From NCBI GenBank assembly GCA_004022145.1, contig RCNU01000002.1: DNA of 64,000 nucleotides; one strand, 5' to 3'. This document shows positions 59,700-64,000 of this stretch, piece by piece. How positions within the stretch are numbered: position 1 is the first letter of the stretch; each line of letters begins with the position of its first letter. The DNA is from Paecilomyces variotii. Lineage: Eukaryota. The notes under the pieces are model-generated. The model saw only the letters and a program-made list of their open reading frames with translations. It made no database searches and was not told where the DNA came from. The position numbers and the translations under genes were made by a program.

Positions 59700-62600
59700 G
59701 GTGGTCAAGTACTCGAGTATTATTCGTCTATTCCATCTACTTTGTAGAATATGAAGACATCATCACGATATCAACAAATAAACCAAAGGATAGACGTAAT
59801 AACTCCAGTGTCATATACACTTTCCTCGCGTTTTCCTCGGAGTTAGCCACTTCTACTAACCAGCCTATTAGATTCTAATCTGCATTTTTAAACCCCACGC
59901 AGATATTTTCTTCTGTTCTAGAACTCGCACTAGAATTACAGGAAAAAGGTACTTCGGAGAATAGCGTAGCTTTTTCAATTAAGCTAAAAGCAACTTAAAC
60001 AACCTAACTGATTACCGAATGCGTCGAAAATTTCATCCAGGCGCGCGGCTAAGCAACACTTCCTTGTTATTTCCCTTCTTAACAAGGAATCCTGCAACCC
60101 TATCGAAGCGACAAAGAAGAAAAAACTTATCTGTATATGATTGGGTAGGGAGGACTATTGCCTTTCACTTCACGACCTGGACTCTATAATACGAGCAAAT
60201 CCAGTCTAGATCCTTGTTTTAATGATTCGCAATTAAATTAAAGTTATATCGTCTATGCTAATTATCAGATTGCCAGACGCATGATATAACCCAAATATAG
60301 GATTCGTGGAATGAGATCTGTTTACTATATTATTCCCAAACTATATCTGCAAACGGATTAAGCATATTCTAAATCTATTAGTTTATGTTTCTCGTCTTTG
60401 ACCTCAGCAGGCAAAAGGCCAAGTTTACGACAAATATAAAACTAGCTGGTTTTTTCTTTACTTAGAGGCAGTGTTGGGTGTTTAGAGTGGATAATGTCCT
60501 GCGTACCCTATGCTTCGCCCCCAACGTACTTTCTGAAAGAAAGGAAAGCGCACGACTACAGTATAAGATATACAAATCCGACACTTGATCTAATAAAGAA
60601 GAGAAACTATACAGTGATTTTTTAGCCCCAGGCTAACGAAGAAATGTGAGCGTACAAGTTTCTATTTGCATTTCCACTTTCCTTTCTTTGTTCTCTTCCT
60701 CCGTCACCCCTCCTTTTCTGACTTATACTCGTCGATGGTTTTAGGAGCCGAGTCAAGGGACGTTCGATAATGGAATGGCTTTTTAGTTCTAGGGCTATTT
60801 ATATATGATATTCTATGTGTTGTTAGACAGTCATTACAGATTCCAGTAGCGGGAAATTAGCTCTGTATTAGTAAAATATCATATAGTAGATACTAGAAAG
60901 GTGATGAGCTACATAGGCTCCCTTAAATTATTACTGGAGATATGTAGTTATTTATAGATCCTCTGTCTTCTTTATTCGCAATAATGCAAAGGCAGACTGT
61001 GATCTTACTCGGGCGATATCGAATATTAATTGAAGTGTCCTTCGGATCTCACTCATCAAAGTCTTACCTCAGAAACCGATTTATCCCTTATGGTAAATGA
61101 GTATATTCCCAATTTGCTCAAGAACTGTACTACTAATATAGTAACTAAATATACTACTAGAATAATTCGAAATAACTTAACTACGGCCGTGGGCCTAAGT
61201 AGCTGCGAGATCGAATAATTGTTGTTTGGATTATTACCGGATTACATGGAGGTGAGCTCGATTCTTGAGCGCATGTCCGCAGTATAAACGAGAGAAATCA
61301 CGATGCTTATCTACAGACGTTCTTGACTTTCCAAGTACGAAGAGTTTGCCATAAGTTTATAGCATCGACTTCGAATCGTCTAAATTCCTGACCTTCCTTA
61401 GATACCTTTTGAGCGTGTCTAGCCACTTAGCGCACTATTCGAATCAAGCACATGACCATCTAAAAAGCTCCAACATATAAACGATAGATCAACGAAACTA
61501 TAAGAGACTTCAATGTAGTATTCCAGACAGATTATCATAGCACCATCTCACGCGAAAAGAAGCTTTCCGTAAGACCTGTCACTTGATATCTCCAAGTTAC
61601 TACACTCTAGCTTACAAGTATGCATCACATAATATTGTGCAACGTCCGCATGGAAATGTCTCACGTAAGTCTTCAATTTATACGCATGATCGGTTAATGT
61701 AAGTAAATACCTAGGTACCCACTGAGAGCAATTGGTACTACATGCAACCTAGATACTACTTGCAGGGAAAGCCCAAAGTATAATATATATTGCCTTCCTT
61801 GGAAGCTTGTCGGATGACTTTATTCTCATGGTGAATATTCAGTTAGCTGTCTGGCCGGATGCGCCTGCAACATCAGTATCATTGTCAGCGAATGGCCGGG
61901 AAGGATACAGCGTTGCATTATGGGTAAAACGAACAATAGTATTGATCCTGCTGACCGGGAGAAGATTTCACAATTGTGTTTTCCGGACCAGTTGCTATAG
62001 GGTGATATCGCGTCAGCAGATCATCTGTCCCCGTCAGCTTATATCTCTGGAGTAGACTTCGCCGACGACCTATGTTATCTGAATATGATATCCTCATGCT
62101 AGGAATCCTCCAAGGCAATTATTGCAACGCTTGTCGAATTGGTATTCGGGAATATGAAATCAATATAGCTGTTACCTGGACGAATGAGGCACTTGCCACA
62201 CGCTTGTACAGTACTTAGGGCTCATAACTCTTACTATGTGCGAACATAGTAAAGGCTTTAACCGCAGACTCTGTAGACGAAAAGATGAAACTGGAATACA
62301 CTTGTGGAACCTAATAGATATTATAAGATAGCCCCCCTCAGTCTTCAGGGTTGCACAGGGGCTTGGTGCAACAAGCGAAATAGCACTCAGGAAACAAGAC
62401 CGATCTGTACTCCACAATACTATACTATGTCATATATAGCTCCTTCACGTGGATATGAACTCAGTGTGATAAGGGTAGATTCGTAGCTAATTGTTTTTTC
62501 TATTGCTGGCCACACACATTGTGCCCCCGCTTTGGGAAGTAACGGCTGTAGCAACGATAGACCGCATCTAGATCTTGAGAATCTATTCTAGCAGGATCCC

Positions 62601-62900
62601 AGTTTACCATCATTGCCAACACGATCTCCTTCATCTGGACCCTGCCGTAGAGTGGTGTTCCTTGTGTTATACACACTGCTTCACACCTTGGTCTCCAGCC
62701 ATTGGGTGCATTGGCTTGATGCCAATTTGTTGCCTCATCCTCATATTAGTACTAGCTTCACGTCTGGAAGTCTACTGACCACAGAAGACCCCACATGTTC
62801 TCAGAGAGAGATATTAGGTACTCGCCTCATCCTTAAGCATGAATATTCGCCTGTATGAAGGCGTAAGCGCTAATACTCTGGGCCATATTTTGGGAATAGG
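59700..62900 (+). pseudogene. AT-rich, TpA-rich tract with intron-like signals and interrupted reading frames; possible RIP-degraded gene or element relic
   Basis: Visibly lower GC than the genic regions. Intron-like segment 60646-60744 (GTGAGC…CTGAC…TAG). Protein-like frame ~61767-62245 broken only by one TGA and three TAG codons. Family not recognised. Confidence 0.35.
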
Positions 62901-63423
62901 CTGATTGGCTGTACCTCAGTTGTTTCTCGGCCCTTCGATAAACACGGGTCTCCGAGAGGATGCATCACACAAGAAATTATTAGCCTGGGTGGTGTGGTTG
63001 TCTGTTCGTTAAAAGGAGGGTTACTTATTGAGAGGCCCGAGCCATCTGGACTACTGTTTGTCTATATTCCTTCTGGGTCTTTCATGACCCGGTTTTAAGG
63101 CCTTCGACTAGATCATCTCGCCATGCGCGAGATAGCTGATTGACAGGCCAGCAACCAGTCGTGATTGCTTCTTAGTCACTTACCTAAATTTACCATATAC
63201 CCGGAAGAAGTTGTATAGAACCGAATCAGGCAACCCCGTCCGAGGTGTGATGATGCCACGGATATTGGATAGTGAGGCACAGCTGGCTTGCGCGAAAAGT
63301 GCTCTCGTTGTACAATATATATGTGAGTAAGATGTGTACCATGCTGAGATCCATTCTATTGAGTATTGTCCATTCTAATATGACTTAGCTCTCTTCCAGC
63401 TAAACGTAAACTGCCTGCCCAGC

Positions 63424-64000
63424 ATGTTCAACTTACCGTCACTTATCGTTATACTTGCTACGCTGTCTTTGGCGTTAGCCACTCCAACTGACCGAAATGT
63501 TACTGATGGGTTACCTGATGGACTCGTTGCGGGGAATCTGGGTGCTATTGCTGGCCTCGTTGGTGTTGAGGAAACCTTCGATTATATCGTCATCGGTGGT
63601 GGGACCGGTGGAAACGCAATTGGCGTCCGTCTCGCAGAAGCTGGGCACAAAGTTGCAATTATTGAAGCGGGTGAATACTACGAGATTGGAGAGATCGTTC
63701 TTGCAAGTACCCCTGGGGGTGACATAGTCTTCGTTGGGGCCGATATTACAGATTCGGATCCTCTCGTCGACTGGGAATTTGTGACAGAACCGCAGGCAGG
63801 TGCTGACAACAGAGAAATTCATTATGCTCGTGGCAAATGTCTAGGTGGATCGTAAGAATTTCCTGGCCTTAGAATTACGAATATGGTCTCTAACAGTTAT
63901 ATAGATCCGCCCTTAATTTCATGGTCTATCACAGGTACGGTGACCCACATCGCAACACTCTTAGTATATATTAACAAATCTCCTATTAGGGGAACCAAAG
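63424..64000 (+). CDS. Secreted GMC oxidoreductase (glucose-methanol-choline family), 5' part only
   Basis: Signal peptide, FAD motif FDYIVIGGGTGG…IIEAG, YARGKCLGGS|SALNFMVYHR|GT. Introns at ~63852-63904 and ~63935-63989. Runs off the window. Confidence 0.92.

Noticed and set aside
59861-62912. Putative terminal inverted repeats (CAGCCTATT/AATAGGCTG; TATTCCCAAA at ~60331) around the AT-rich tract
   Set aside because: Only 9-13 bp matches, inconsistent left boundaries, and no target-site duplication or transposase motif.
1-64000. CRISPR arrays, rRNA, snRNAs, telomerase-RNA template, telomeric repeats or intact transposons
   Set aside because: No regularly spaced repeats, no U1/U2/U5/U6 or rRNA signatures, no TAACCCTAA template and no transposase or RT motifs were seen.

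Overview
Eukaryotic, intron-rich genomic DNA from a filamentous ascomycete, most like Eurotiales (GT-AG introns of mostly ~50-130 nt with CTAAC/CTGAC branch sites). About 21 protein-coding genes, mostly conserved housekeeping. In order: a partial Tag1/DUF3712-like gene, ILV6, a KHDC4-like KH splicing factor, a DUR3-type urea/solute symporter, a short RecQ helicase, a PPR protein divergent from RSM25, SOG2, SOK1, Ydc2/Cce1 resolvase, a secreted S/T/P-rich protein, a POF1-like nucleotidyltransferase, AIM19, HLJ1, UFD2, a steroid 5-alpha-reductase-family gene, KGD4/YMR31, MED18, PNKP, a Pro/Ser-rich hypothetical, and the 5' end of a secreted GMC oxidoreductase. There is also a decayed tRNA-Ser(CGA) and an AT-rich, possibly RIP-degraded tract at ~59.7-62.9 kb. 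No CRISPR, rRNA or intact transposon was seen. The most interesting signals are hidden gene-expression features: (1) a TGA-CTG stop on the POF1/NMNAT-like gene whose readthrough adds a C-terminal PTS1 (…KCRL); (2) an in-frame upstream UUG on KGD4; (3) a perfect TACTAAC plus a poison 3' splice site inside an intron of the KH splicing factor; (4) an unannotated 45-aa Cys/His-rich microprotein gene; (5) a uORF inside a candidate 5'-UTR intron of the DUR3-like gene. All gene names come from motif recognition by eye, not database searches, and exon borders were read manually.
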